Source: Octopus vulgaris (lineage: Eukaryota). Taken from it: 64,000 nucleotides of DNA. Position 1 is the stretch's first letter. The number at the start of each line of letters is the position of its first letter. Shown piece by piece: positions 1 to 11,554 of the stretch. The position numbers and the translations under genes were made by a program. The notes below the pieces were generated by a model that had not been told where the DNA came from, ran no database searches, and saw only the letters and a list, made by a program, of their open reading frames with translations. The stretch is taken from positions 159,526,001-159,590,000 of the forward strand of contig OX597814.1 in the NCBI GenBank assembly GCA_951406725.2, given 5' to 3'.

Positions 1-110
1 TTTTGGTCGGATGCCCTTCCTAATGCCAACCACTTTACAGGGTATACTGGATATCTTTCCTGTGCACGAGCACTAGTGAGGCCACAGAGTAACTTGTAAA
101 ATAAGACCCT
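1..110 (-). mobile_element. 3' part of an RTE-tail SINE/LINE-derived repeat
   Basis: ggatgcccttcctaatgccaaccac is the reverse complement of the ggcattaggaagggcatc block in the copy at 16192-16345. Confidence 0.55.
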
Positions 111-831
111 TTCAACAGTGTAGCATTGAAGGGTGGCTTTATGCTAGGTGTTTAAGATATTAAAGTATGATAGAGGGTCAGGAACTGGTGTCTTGCTGAA
201 GAGGAGATACATGGTTTCCCCAGTAGGAAAGAGATAATAGACACTGACAATCAGAAATCGTGGATGGGTAACTTTGTGAGTATGAGTGTGATAGATAGTT
301 AAAGATGGGAATAAAGTAGTGAATAGTCAATATACATATTATCTTTTTAGGGTCCAGGATAAAGAAACTGACTTATACATCACAAAATTAGCTTAAATAG
401 TTTATTCAGCTTTTATCACAGCACAATAATTATAACTGCTTATGCATATGTAGCGAGAGAGACTCCTTTACCACTCATCTAGATAATGAAGTTCAGTTCA
501 CTAGAACCCCCAAATTACCTCCCTTCAACTATAATTGACATTTTGTTTGTTGAGAGCCTCAGATCCTCACTAAGTGTTTTTCTTCTTACTAAAAAGCACT
601 TAACCATTAATTCATGTATAAGCTCACTTTCATGTCTATCTCCTACAGTTCCAACTATAAGCCACTTAAACATTACGTAATGGCATATACATACACAAAA
701 CAAGAATCCTCAATTTGGTTGATATTGTTACAATGTTTCATTTGTTGTGCCCTCCAGTCTTATTTGGGTACCAGTTATAATTCATAATGAATTTGGAACC
801 ATTATTTACATTTGAACTCATCTTGTTTGTT

Positions 832-878
832 AACACAATGTTTCGGCTGAGATAGCCTCCAGCCTTCATCAGATGTCT
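832..878 (-). ncRNA. Minimal type I hammerhead ribozyme-like motif
   Basis: Minus strand reads aagacat CTGATGA a GGCTG gaggctatct CAGCC GAAAC att gtgtt: intact CUGAUGA/GAAA core, 5-bp stem II, stem I gacat/gtgtt; stem III acgt has decayed to acat. Confidence 0.65.
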
Positions 879-1045
879 TGGGAAAATTTCGAACCTAGAT
901 TCTCATTCTTCTTATTATTATTCAGGTTACTGCTTGGAATTGAACTTGGAATCTTGGGGTAAGTAGCCTGCACTCTTAACCACTATGCCATATGCCTACG
1001 GGCATAATAAGAAGAAGAATGAGAACCTAGGTTCGAAATTTTCCC

Positions 1046-1093
1046 AAGACATCTGATGAAGGCTGGAGGGTATCTCAGCTGAAACATTGTGTT
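1046..1093 (+). ncRNA. Minimal type I hammerhead ribozyme-like motif
   Basis: aagacat CTGATGA a GGCTG gagggtatct CAGCT GAAAC att gtgtt; a further degenerate core follows at 1171-1214. Confidence 0.6.
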
Positions 1094-1654
1094 AACAACA
1101 AACAAGATGAGGTCAAATGTAAATAATGGTTCCAAATTCATTATAACTGGTACCTGAATAAGGCTGGAGAGCACTGATGAAGGCTGGAGGGTATATCAGC
1201 CAAAACATCGTGTTAACAACAAACAAGATGAGGACAAATATCCATCAAATGTAAATAATGTTACATAATTCCTCATCTCTTAAATACAGAACTGTAATTT
1301 GGAACCAATCCTTTTATTAAACCCATGAGGGCAGATTGTACTTTTTCCATTATCAATAGAGATGTTCTTTTTATTAGTAATTCTGCAAGTTATGATGCCA
1401 CTAATTTATTACTTTCAAGTAGAACCAAGATATCTAACAGTTGATCAACACTTACACTCACTATACTGTTGTCCACTAGAACAGTTAAGACCACTAAAGC
1501 CCAATCTTTTTAAAAGATTTTCTTTTTTATTTCTTTCTAAGTTTAAAGCTAATCTAATATCTATAAACTTTCCTCTATGACAATGGAATAGTGACTATAA
1601 GTGTTGTTTTGGGAGTTGTGATTAGTGGAGGGCCGGAGTGGGAGTTGGATACAA

Positions 1655-2246
1655 CTGTACTGTAAATACTATGATGTATATATTAGACACATACACAAAA
1701 TATATCACAGCACAAGATGGGTGTGAATAAAACGGCTTGCTGTTTCCATCTTGAGTTTGTCCTTTTTAGGTGTGCAGCTTGGATAACAGAAATGAACCCT
1801 GATGCACAGACATAACACATATGAAGATTTATACTTACAGCAGAAAAATAATATAATGGTAAATAAGATATTGTCTGTGATTAGTTGGAATATCTGATAA
1901 AAGCTTTGAAACTGCATTATAAAGTTTCAGAGATAAAAACCCAGCCAAAGGATACGATAATCCAAGAAAACTCCCGTCGAAATTTGGTATAAAATACAAA
2001 AATAGGGAAGATGTTAATAGTTTAAAAATCTGAAACGACTCTGAAATAAGTGTGAATATTATCTCTAGAAACTTTTTTGGTTGTTTTTAATATTAAAAAT
2101 AAAAACAAAAAACCCTAGATTAATTAAATAAAATTATTCGTAATAGAAAAAGAAGTTCATTGAATTTTTAATTGAAATCGTGAATCGACAACTGAAGGGG
2201 GAAAACGAATTAATTGTAAAATGCTTTTTAACGATGTTTATAAAGT
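1655..2246. repeat. Segmental duplication block A, copy 1 (paralog at about 19560-20125)
   Basis: Collinear similarity, e.g. ggtgtgaataaaac, gaaccctgatgcacagacataacac and acccagccaaaggatac occur in both copies. Confidence 0.9.
1839..2040 (-). CDS. Possible internal coding exon of an unidentified gene (hydrophobic peptide FKLLTSSLFLYFIPNFDGSFLGLSYPLAGFLSLKLYNAVSKLLSDIPTNHRQYLIYHYIIFL)
   Basis: Acceptor ttatttcag| at 2041 (alternative gtttcag| at 2030), donor CT|GTAAGT at 1839/1838, stop-free frame. The paralog shows synonymous third-position changes in PNFDG but also several replacement changes. Confidence 0.3.
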
Positions 2247-3832
2247 TCAAATCCAAAGTAATGTTTTAGATTTAACGTGTGATCAACATTTCTTCATAAA
2301 CGTTGATTAAACAATACTATCAAATACTGCATTAGTTGGAGTTAGTTTACAAAGAAAGTGTTAGAATTCTAAGAAAAGATAGTTAACCCGACAATCAGAG
2401 TTCATTATAAGTATTTTAAAAAAATACAAAAGAATGTAATGATGGTTGAGTAATAAAACTAGCGAATTGGTTTGTATTGAAGTTAAGTTTCAATACATTT
2501 TTTCGAAGGGACCCTTGCGCCCTCAACTTTCCTTGAAAGTACACGAAGTGATCTTGGTTTACATCTACATGAAGTTCCGATACATAATTCATTCATAATC
2601 CCTCATCAGTTCTACCCAACACTAGAAACTAGGTGTATCCTGTTTGAAGCAAAGAGAACGTTAAAGATTGAAACAATATGCGTTAATGAATGAAGTGACA
2701 GCAACAGGTGTTTGTGTTTATCATTTACAAACGATATTTATATAACGTCAGGTCGACGTTCTATTCTATTTTCTTTCGTTTTTTAAGTATCTAAAAGCCT
2801 ACGTACGTCTATAAACTAATTATTTCAAATAAACTTTAACAAATCGATTAAATAATATTGGAAAAAAAAACAACAACAATGAATATACGTTAATTATGTA
2901 ATTATACAATAAAGGATTTGCTAAAATGAAGAAAAAAAAAATTAAAGTTTCATTTTACCTTAATCGCAGGTGATTCTAACAATTCTAAACAGAAGTATGA
3001 CGAAGGGGCGTAAAGGGGCTTCTCGTGTCCTTTTTTTATGTGACCCCCTTTTTTTTTTGTTTTAAATCCTAAAAAGCTAAAGAGAGACAAAAACTGTTTT
3101 ACGCAGCCTGCTGTTATTTCAAACATACTGTCATCAGGGTTTCAAAACTTTTAGGGACAAACACACACAACTATGTATATATACATTCAAGTATGTATAA
3201 CCGTTCACCAGTAGTGGTGACAGTTATTACATACAGTGAAGTAATGATCCCTTAGTATAGGATCAAAGAAGCGATCATTTATTCTACAACGCAATTAAAA
3301 TTACAACAGCTGTACAATACGGAAAATATTGGAGACGTACGAAAATAGATAAGTAACTACAAATTGTATAAATGATGGATAAAGCAACAAATACAAAGTC
3401 GCAATATGTGTCAAGAAAAAAATCTAAGAATCCACCCACTCAGCATTAAGATATTAACTCGAAAACAGAGGGTACGTATGAGTTGATATAGGGAGAAACG
3501 TTTATAGTACAATGCATTCTACGCAACGTAGGTGTTATTGGGACGACGGAATATGAAATAAGGGAAAGTAGTCTTATTATATAATAGATGAATTTAACGA
3601 TCTGGGGGCAGATGAAACATAGAAGTAGGTGAAAATGTCATCAATAGATATTAAGTCGCTAAACACAGGGTTAATTGTGAAAAATCTACATGAATGTACG
3701 ATCTAATTCTGTTTGATGAATAGTCAAAGTTTACAAATAGTGAGCAATTAAATGAATTTAAATTATCAATGTACATATGTGTGTGTGTGTGTATACATAT
3801 ACATTTATATATATATATGTATACACACGCGC

Positions 3833-5110
3833 GCACACACATTATAAAGGGTTTGTTTATCAAGGCGATAGGATTACAAAAATGATATTTTTTAAATATT
3901 ACAAATCATTTTGTTACCTTTTTCTTAACTGATGAGAACAGACAGCTTACATAGAACGATGAGAAAATCCTGATCAGTTAATGTGGGTGCCACAGTCCAC
4001 CTTCATTTTACGACGAAGAATACATCCAGTTATAGCAGGTTGGAATTGTAAATTGACAAAAATCAACAGAAATGAAGACCGAAACAAAACCACTTGAATA
4101 ATATCATGCATTATTTGAATCAGGAAACTCTAACAAGCATTCAATGTTAACTCCCTGAACAAGTGTAGCACAATGACGGAATGATATTGGTCGATCTACG
4201 AAGGAATCGTGTCACCTCCGAAGTCCTGTCTACATCAGTCGACAACAACTATAACACGTTAGGATCGATATTAAACCGAGAAATAATAACATAGCATTAA
4301 AAACAATCTATCAACCATAATATATCAATGAAAAATTCACATTTACCTGACTGTCTTGTGTGAAATATCTTGGTATGTTGATCTCAACAAACTTAAAATA
4401 AGAATTCTCCCGCCATGTTGTTGATGTGCAAAAAAAAGCAATGCGCAATAATCGTAAATTCTTATATTGTTGATAAAAACAAGACTTGAAATGTATGTTT
4501 ACTGTATTTGTTTATTCGATATATCTTCTGAGTATTCTCTGGATAACTTAAGAGATCATCAAAATTTTATTTAGTGTTACAGTTACGAAGATGGTTATAG
4601 TACTACATTTGCAGCGTAATGACACAATTGAATGAGACTGGACTAATTGGGAACCTCGTTTTGAAAAGTGATTTTAAACTTGGACGCGCGCCTTTTGATT
4701 ATCCAATTCGTGCTACTTTAATGGTTCTTGGGTTGAAGATTATTTTTCCATTAGAATTTTATTCTCGATCATGTTACAAATAAAGGCAAATAGGAAATGT
4801 TAACTTTGATAATACTAAAAATTCAAATATTATTCGTTTAATGGTGGTAAATTATACTATAATTATTTTCGCTTAAAATCTTCACTTCAAATTCTAGAAT
4901 TTTATAATGCACAAGTAACTCGAATTTCGAGGGAGGGTACAATCCGTAAGATGATTTTCACTACTTGACTTGTACTTTACATAACTATGAAAGAAAAAAA
5001 AAACCCAACCTCGGTAGGATTTAAATTAGGAACGAAGAAACTAAGTAGGTATTTGGTTACTAACTTCGCCGATCTTTAAAATCCACCCCCTTCTTCATCT
5101 CATCCACATT
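3833..5110. repeat. Segmental duplication block B, copy 1 (paralog at about 22852-24090)
   Basis: Long near-identical stretches, e.g. gactgtcttgtgtgaaatatcttggtatgttgatctcaacaaac and gtactacatttgcagcgtaatgacacaattgaatgagactggac. Confidence 0.95.
4347..4700 (-). promoter_or_regulatory. Putative promoter and short first exon of a leftward gene
   Basis: Donor CAG|GTAAAT at 4347/4346; YY1-like AACATGGCGG at about 4419-4410 (the ATG frame stops after 7 codons); TGCGCA and a CpG cluster nearby; this is the best-conserved part of the duplication. Confidence 0.4.
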
Positions 5111-5129
5111 ATAAATATTGATAACTCTT

Positions 5130-5507
5130 TTAAAGACCTGAAATTTTGGAGGTGAGGACTAGTCGATTACATCGATCAGATGAAAAGGAAAAGTCGACGT
5201 TGGCGGAATCTTAACTCAGAACATAAAGCCAGAAGAAATGCCGCGAAGCATTTTGTCCGGTGCTGTAACGATTCTGCTTGTTCGCTTTAATAAATATTGG
5301 TTTCAATTTTTGGCACCAGGCCAGCAAGTTCAGGGGAGGAGTAAGTTGATTATATCGACCCTAGTGCTCAACTCGTACTTATTTTACCGACCCCGAAAGG
5401 ATGAAAGCAACGTCGATCTCAGTGAAATTTGAACACAGAACTTAAAGACGCACGAAATGCCACTAAGCATTCCCGGCGTGCTAACGATTCTGCCAGCTCG
5501 CCGCCTT
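5130..5507 (-). mobile_element. Two tRNA-derived SINE copies (family with central gcctttcatcctttcggggtcgataaa domain)
   Basis: Reverse complements of the ggcggcgagctggcagaa..gttagcacgccgg head and ctgagttcaaatt B-box seen in many copies in this window. Confidence 0.85.
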
Positions 5508-5911
5508 CGCTTAAATAAATTTTGATAACATAAGTGTACACATATATATACTAATAATATATTTGTGTGTGTTTTTGTTTGTATACACGCCAGCACGTAT
5601 ACACACGCATTTATGACTGACAAATTCAGAAATGAAGAAAAGAGTTATAATAAATACACACATCTATATTTATGTTGAAGTGATTCGACTATATCATATT
5701 ATATCAGCAGGAACAGTGGAAGTTCCACGCTTCATAAATGTTCTTATTTCTGTGTTGATGGATATATTTTTAGACCTTCGTAACATTTTTTCATTATGTT
5801 AAGGCGTAACACTTGAAGACATATCGTGACAAGCAGAATATCACACACACTTCCCCCTCACTTTCTCTCTTCCTCTGTGTGTGTGTATGTATGTGTATAT
5901 ATATGTGTGTA

Positions 5912-6142
5912 TTGTGTTTGGGGAGTCATTCTCTTTTAGTGCCTAATTATTTAACATACCGGTTCAATTTCCACTCATTTATTTATTTATGTATTTAGAA
6001 AAAACAAATAAGTAAATGAGTTGAAATTTTACCGGTGAGTGTGTTAAATAATAAGGCACTAAAAGAGAACGACTCTCCCCAGACACAACAAAATCTGCTT
6101 GAACACACGAATTCGCATAAAGAATCTTGCAAACAAAATCCA

Positions 6143-6150
<8 letters not shown>
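5912..6150. mobile_element. Palindromic (foldback) short element
   Basis: 5912-5990 is inverted relative to 6005-6090; same family as 18155-18297 and 46415-46740. Confidence 0.8.
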
Positions 6151-6192
<42 letters not shown>

Positions 6193-6235
6193 AATGCCAA
6201 AACGAATTTCTGTGTGTCAGTGTGTCACACTTTTA

Positions 6236-6564
6236 CGGTGGGTTGGTAGAAATGTTAGCACGCCGGGCGAAATGCTTAGCGGTATTTCGTCTGCCGTTAC
6301 GTTCTGAGTTCAAATTCCGCCGAGGTCGACTTTGCCCGTCATTCTTTTGGGGTCGATAAATTAAGTACTAATTACGCACTGGGGTCGATATAATCGACTT
6401 AGTCCGTTTATCTGTCCTTGTTTGTCCTCTCTGTGTTTAGCTCCTTGTGGGTAGTAAAGAAATAGGTATTTCGTCTGCCGCTACGTTCTGAGTTCAAATT
6501 CCGCCGGAGTTGACTTAGCCTTTCATCCTTTCGGGGTCGATTAAATAAGTACCAGTTACTGGGG
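6236..6564 (+). mobile_element. tRNA-derived SINE (partial dimer)
   Basis: gttagcacgccgggcgaaatgcttagcggtatttcgtctgccgttacgttctgagttcaaattccgccgaggtcgac; the body is repeated. Confidence 0.9.
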
Positions 6565-6688
6565 TCTTTCTGTAGAAGAGCGAAGGCTCGAAACGTAAAA
6601 GACTTTTTCTATTCCTGAGCGTTATACTAATACATCTGTTTGTTTTGTACACCACCTGTCTTCGTCTTTTGTTTTTTTCGTAAACTCT

Positions 6689-6691
<3 letters not shown>
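6564..6691 (+). mobile_element. Penelope-like terminal fragment with hammerhead-like fold
   Basis: gtcttt CTGTAGA a GAGC gaag GCTC GAAAC GTA aaagac (perfect stems I and II, variant core), ending in a (TA)n tract. Confidence 0.55.

Positions 6692-6750
<59 letters not shown>
6692..6750. repeat. (TA)n microsatellite
   Basis: Direct read. Confidence 0.95.
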
Positions 6751-6757
<7 letters not shown>

Positions 6758-6832
6758 GGGAATATGATTTCAAACTTACAGGGAAAAATTCAGTTTAGTA
6801 ATACCAAATCAAATTTCACAATATATAGTACA

Positions 6833-8040
6833 TATATATATAAATTAGAGAAGAACCACCATGTAGCAATTCAACAATGATATACTTAAATCATACCATA
6901 TAGAAAAAAATTCAAGATACGATAAAGCATTTACCTAGAACTAAATAAAGTACGAAATGATAAATAGTATATATTTAGTAAATAGACTACACGTGTTTCG
7001 TGCATATATTTTCAAATTGATAGCAAATTAATTCAATTAAAATATAGTCACTCATTAGGTCGAAGATAAAAACAATAAAATAATTAAATAAATGTACGTA
7101 TATTATCTTATAAAAAATATAAATATATATTATAATACGTAATTTTACAAAACAAAAAAACACAACAAAATTCAACACTATACCTTAAGATAAAAACATG
7201 AAATATTGAATATATTCTGTTAAATCATTAAACTTAATTCGTAGGACTTAGTGTTTATAATAAATTTATCTCGTTAAAAACGTGGTGTAAATATAACTAG
7301 AATAAATAGATAGAAATATTTATTTTATCTATGAAAATATATTTTAGCTTATAGAAGAAAAAAATAGACTATAGTATATCATTACTGGAAAATTAAAATA
7401 CAAGTAATTAAAACAAAATATTTAAAACAATATATATATAATACATAATATACATTAAGCGAAGCTAGAATACTATAATTTAATCTATATCCATTAAATT
7501 ATTTATTTATGTATTTATTTAATAAACATCTAAGTTTTAATCTTAATCTAATTATGTAATATATACTAAAAAACTTCAAGCCCAAATCATTGCATGATAT
7601 TGTTGAAAAATGGTGAGCTTCAAATGTTATTATTCGTTCTAGCATGCGACAAGCGTTGTTGCTAATGCAACATATTGTCTTCGTCTGTATCTGTTGCATC
7701 AAGCTTGAGACCGTTCAGTGCACTTTGCAGCGAATCACGTAACCAAAGTTCGGTCTCAGTAATAGGTCCCGCACCCTACTCTTATGTACAGTGAGGTATG
7801 ACACAGGGTATCAAACAACAGGACAGCAGTGGCTCGGGAACGAAATTTGCTTAAGGAGTGGAGACCAACGTGCAAATTATTTTACAAACAAGGTCGATTT
7901 TTTTCAATCTTAATATTAAAATTAAAACAGTATTTAATTCTAGGTAAATGTTTTACCTTTATTTTTTTTTTCTATATGGTATGATTTAAGTATGTAATTG
8001 TTGAATTGCTACATGGTGGTTCTTCTCTAATTTATATATA
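6833..8040. mobile_element. About 1.2 kb AT-rich element with roughly 110-bp terminal inverted repeats in TA tracts
   Basis: taaattagagaagaaccaccatgtagcaattcaacaat (6841) is inverted at about 7995-8034; catttacctagaa pairs with ttctaggtaaatg. Confidence 0.75.
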
Positions 8041-8255
8041 TATATATATATTTTTTTTTTTTCAAATATACCGTAAATGGTCTTTACATACCGAATACTG
8101 CTTGGTCGAATTTATTAACAATTAATTAATTCTACCCCTTTTTTTGATGACTATATATATATATATATATACATACATACATATATGTATGCATATATAT
8201 ATATACATACATATATGTATGCATATATATTTATATATAAATATATATATGTGTG

Positions 8256-8324
<69 letters not shown>

Positions 8325-8399
8325 TTAAACACAAGTATAATGATAATAATTACTATTATTATAATTATATTTGTACATCAATCAAATCAAATAAATCTC

Positions 8400-10450
8400 A
8401 TAATAGAAAAGTAATACTTCAAACCAGTCCAATTTTTTTAATGCTCATTCGTTTTGGCAGTAGGACGTTCGAAGCGTTTTCATTCCACAAGTTTTTATAT
8501 ACATGCATTACGGGACAGTGGGTCATACAGTGTTGTGTCGTTGTCCTACGGAGCTAGGTTTTCAAACAGCAAAGTGCGCTGAAAGGTCTCTCGCTTGATG
8601 CAACAGATACAGGCGAAAACAATAAGTTGCATAAGCAACAACGATTAATAGCATTTGAAGTTTACCATTTTTCAATAATATCATGCGACGATTTGGGCAA
8701 AGTTTCCTTTTCCATTCATGGGCCTGTAAAGAGTTTCATTTGTGATGACAGTAAGGGCAAGTCAAAAGAAGGTAGGTATGCATTTGCGAACTTGAACGTG
8801 CCAGAGTTGACTGCTGATAACAACAGATCCTATCGCTCAGTGCATATGTGCATTCTCTTTGCTGAAAGCGGCACTAAATTCACTTTCAATAAATTGCCAA
8901 CACCAGTCGACAGAAAGAGCACCTTCTTCAGTTGTTATGTGTCTGAAATGCAGCAGTGTATTCTTGGAACGAAAAATGTTGGGCATTTTTGCAAAGTCAA
9001 CAGAGGATACTTCATCGGAGCAGTTTTCAAAAATTTCCTCGCTTCTCATTTATGAAAAGAAATCCTTCAACTTATCGATCAGCTTCAAGCAGTCATCGGC
9101 TGTTGTGCCTGGACACCACTGTTTCACACTCTCCAAATATTTTCCCAGCAACTCGTATTAATACCGAAGTGGAAGCTTTGCCAGATTGTTTCCGCAGTCA
9201 TTTGACAGTAGCCTCTGTTGTTGATCTTAGCCATGCGTCTTGCTTTCAGCTTGTTTCATTGTTGTTGCTTTAATGCACCAACAATATTAATGCACGGTTT
9301 GTAGCATGACGATATTCTCACCACAAAGACTTGTTCATAGCGCTTTTCTTTTTGGCGATTCTTGCAGAAAAATGGTGCATTGGTGAACAAGGTTCAGTAC
9401 ATCAACGACAATGGCAACTGTGGAGCCAACTTCTTAGAGGACAATGTCGAAAAAGTGGTTTCCGCAGTGTTCAATATTTGTACCTGGAAACATGTTTTTT
9501 TATCTCTTTTGTACGCCTGTAATGTTCCCAATCAATGGAAAAGCAGCATAATTTTGAGCCCAGCGAAATGTTTTGGCGGCAAAAAAACATTCTGAATAAC
9601 TTTAGTCAGTATTTCCGAAGAGCAGTCAGAAGGATTATAAAAGCCGAGAAAATCTTCGTAGACATTCATGTTTTCAAATACATAACGAACAATAATTTAT
9701 TCTTGTTCCAATCATATATAATACCAATAAACAGAGACTCGTGAACCCTTTTTCTGATCTCATGCAGAATGTTATGAGCATGTGTCTTTAGGATTTCATT
9801 TTGTATGATATCAGATAAGAAATTATCTCGTCGTTTAAGCCACTGACTTCTGCAATGCATTCTTCGACAAGATTTACAAATTTTCCCTTGTCATGATCAT
9901 GCTCTTGTATGCTATGCCTTACCTGCTACATAATTCAACCGTTCCGAAAATTATTATTAATTGCCGCTGGGTCAATCGTTGTTGAATTAGCTACTTATAT
10001 AGAGTCACAGATATGTCTGTCTTTCAAAAAAAAAAAAAAGAAAAAAGCGTTAGCTGCTTTCATATAGTGACTGGAACGGCTACGTGCAGCAGTCTTTCTT
10101 GTAATTTTGCCACAGTTTCCTACTCTAGTCGAGAAGTCAGTCTTTTTAAGCGTTGTGATTCTGTTACACCGAACTCCTTCCAGACAATAGCAGCAGATAC
10201 CAGCATCATACTGAATGTTATAATGATGTCACGGGGCTTCATTGAACCAGTCTGGGCAGCATAAGTGTTTCTTTGCATCCTTGAAAAAGTCGAATATCTT
10301 TCGAGACACAAATTCTTCTGACGTGCAAAATTTTGATGGCACTTCTTGACATGTTGAAAATACGAAGACATTCCAAAGTTTGTTTGATCCTGAAAAGTTT
10401 TGTAAAGCAAATTAGATGTTAATCACTAACACCAATATTACATGCATCAA
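8400..10450 (-). pseudogene. Degenerate hAT transposase (ZMYM1/DUF4371-like with C-terminal dimerisation domain)
   Basis: Minus-strand peptides FLSDIIQNEILKTHAHNILHEIRKRV and PVSVASSERPFSALCCLKT*LRRTTTQ..MHV match hAT transposase motifs; many stops and frameshifts. Confidence 0.8.
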
Positions 10451-10646
10451 AAATGCTTTAAATTAATTGTACAATCAAAATGCCAATTATGGAAGATATA
10501 AAGGATTTCTTACTTTTTCCTTAAAAATACAAACTAAAGACAACAGCTGTGCAAAATACATCCGAGTTAAAATTATAAATGATTTGTTTATTGAAAGCAA
10601 TTACTCTCACTGCCCTTTTTCCCTGTCTCTCTTTCTTTCTCTATGT

Positions 10647-10964
10647 GAAGGCTCATGGCTCAGTAGTTAGAGCGTCGAGCATACACGATCGTGAGGTTGT
10701 GAGTTCGAATCCCTGACTGGGCTGCGTGTTGTTCTTGAGCAAGACACTATATTTCACGTTACTCCAGTTCACTCAGCTGTAGAAATGAGTTGCGACGTCA
10801 CAGGTGCCAAGCTGTATCGGCCTTTACCTTTCCCTTGGATAACATCGGTGGCGTGGAGAGGGGAGGCTGGTATGCATGGGCGACTGCTGGTCCTCCATAA
10901 ACAACCTTGCCCGGGTAACTTTCTAGGTGCAATCCCATGGTCAGTCACAACCGAAGGCGGACTC
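10647..10964 (+). mobile_element. tRNA-derived SINE, second family
   Basis: A box tggctcagtagttagagc, B box gagttcgaatccc; near-identical copy at 44975-45296. Confidence 0.9.
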
Positions 10965-11317
10965 AACATACATGTATGTATGTATATAGAAAAATTATTA
11001 TTTCTAAATCTCTCAACGAAAGACATTCAGTAACAGTACTCTAAAGTAAAGATTATTTGCCATCATAATGTGGGTAGGACGAATGTTACTGCTATTTAGC
11101 CTCAGGAAACATCGTTTCTAGCTGGCTATACAACACACTTTGTCCTTACATATATTGTGTATATATATATATTCTTATATACATATACACACGCACGACA
11201 TACTTAAATACACAAATGAGGCTGTGTATTTATGGACTTAGCAGACTGCTTCTTCCCTTGCTATTCTCTGGCGTCTTTGGTTGGTAGACTGATCACTGGT
11301 TTCCTCACTGATGCCAA

Positions 11318-11349
<32 letters not shown>

Positions 11350-11554
11350 ATACATAAAAGTATGTATATGAGGATGTATAAAGATATATACATTTATATA
11401 TGATATATATATAAATGAATGCTTATATATACTGTATATAGATATATATGTATATATGCAAAAACGCATGCACATAGGTAATCCATATACATACATATAT
11501 ATGTATGTATAATCATATCTGGGTATGTATGCATCTGTCTATCACGGTTCGTCC

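Larger units (their letters stand above)
745..1293. mobile_element. Inverted pair of tRNA-headed, hammerhead-containing short elements (Penelope/retrozyme-like)
   Basis: 745-915 is an inverted copy of about 1005-1175. The minus strand at about 995-925 has a Pol III A box (tggcatagtgg) and B box (gttcaattcc). Three ctgatga-ggctg..cagcc-gaaac type cores are present. Confidence 0.75.

Noticed and set aside
486-703. Short overlapping ORFs at the window start (also 1362-1580)
   Set aside because: No recognisable domains; probably decayed LINE sequence or chance ORFs
10647-10730. tRNA gene (also at 44975 and about 925-995)
   Set aside because: The A/B boxes run into SINE bodies with no acceptor stem or terminator; these are SINE heads
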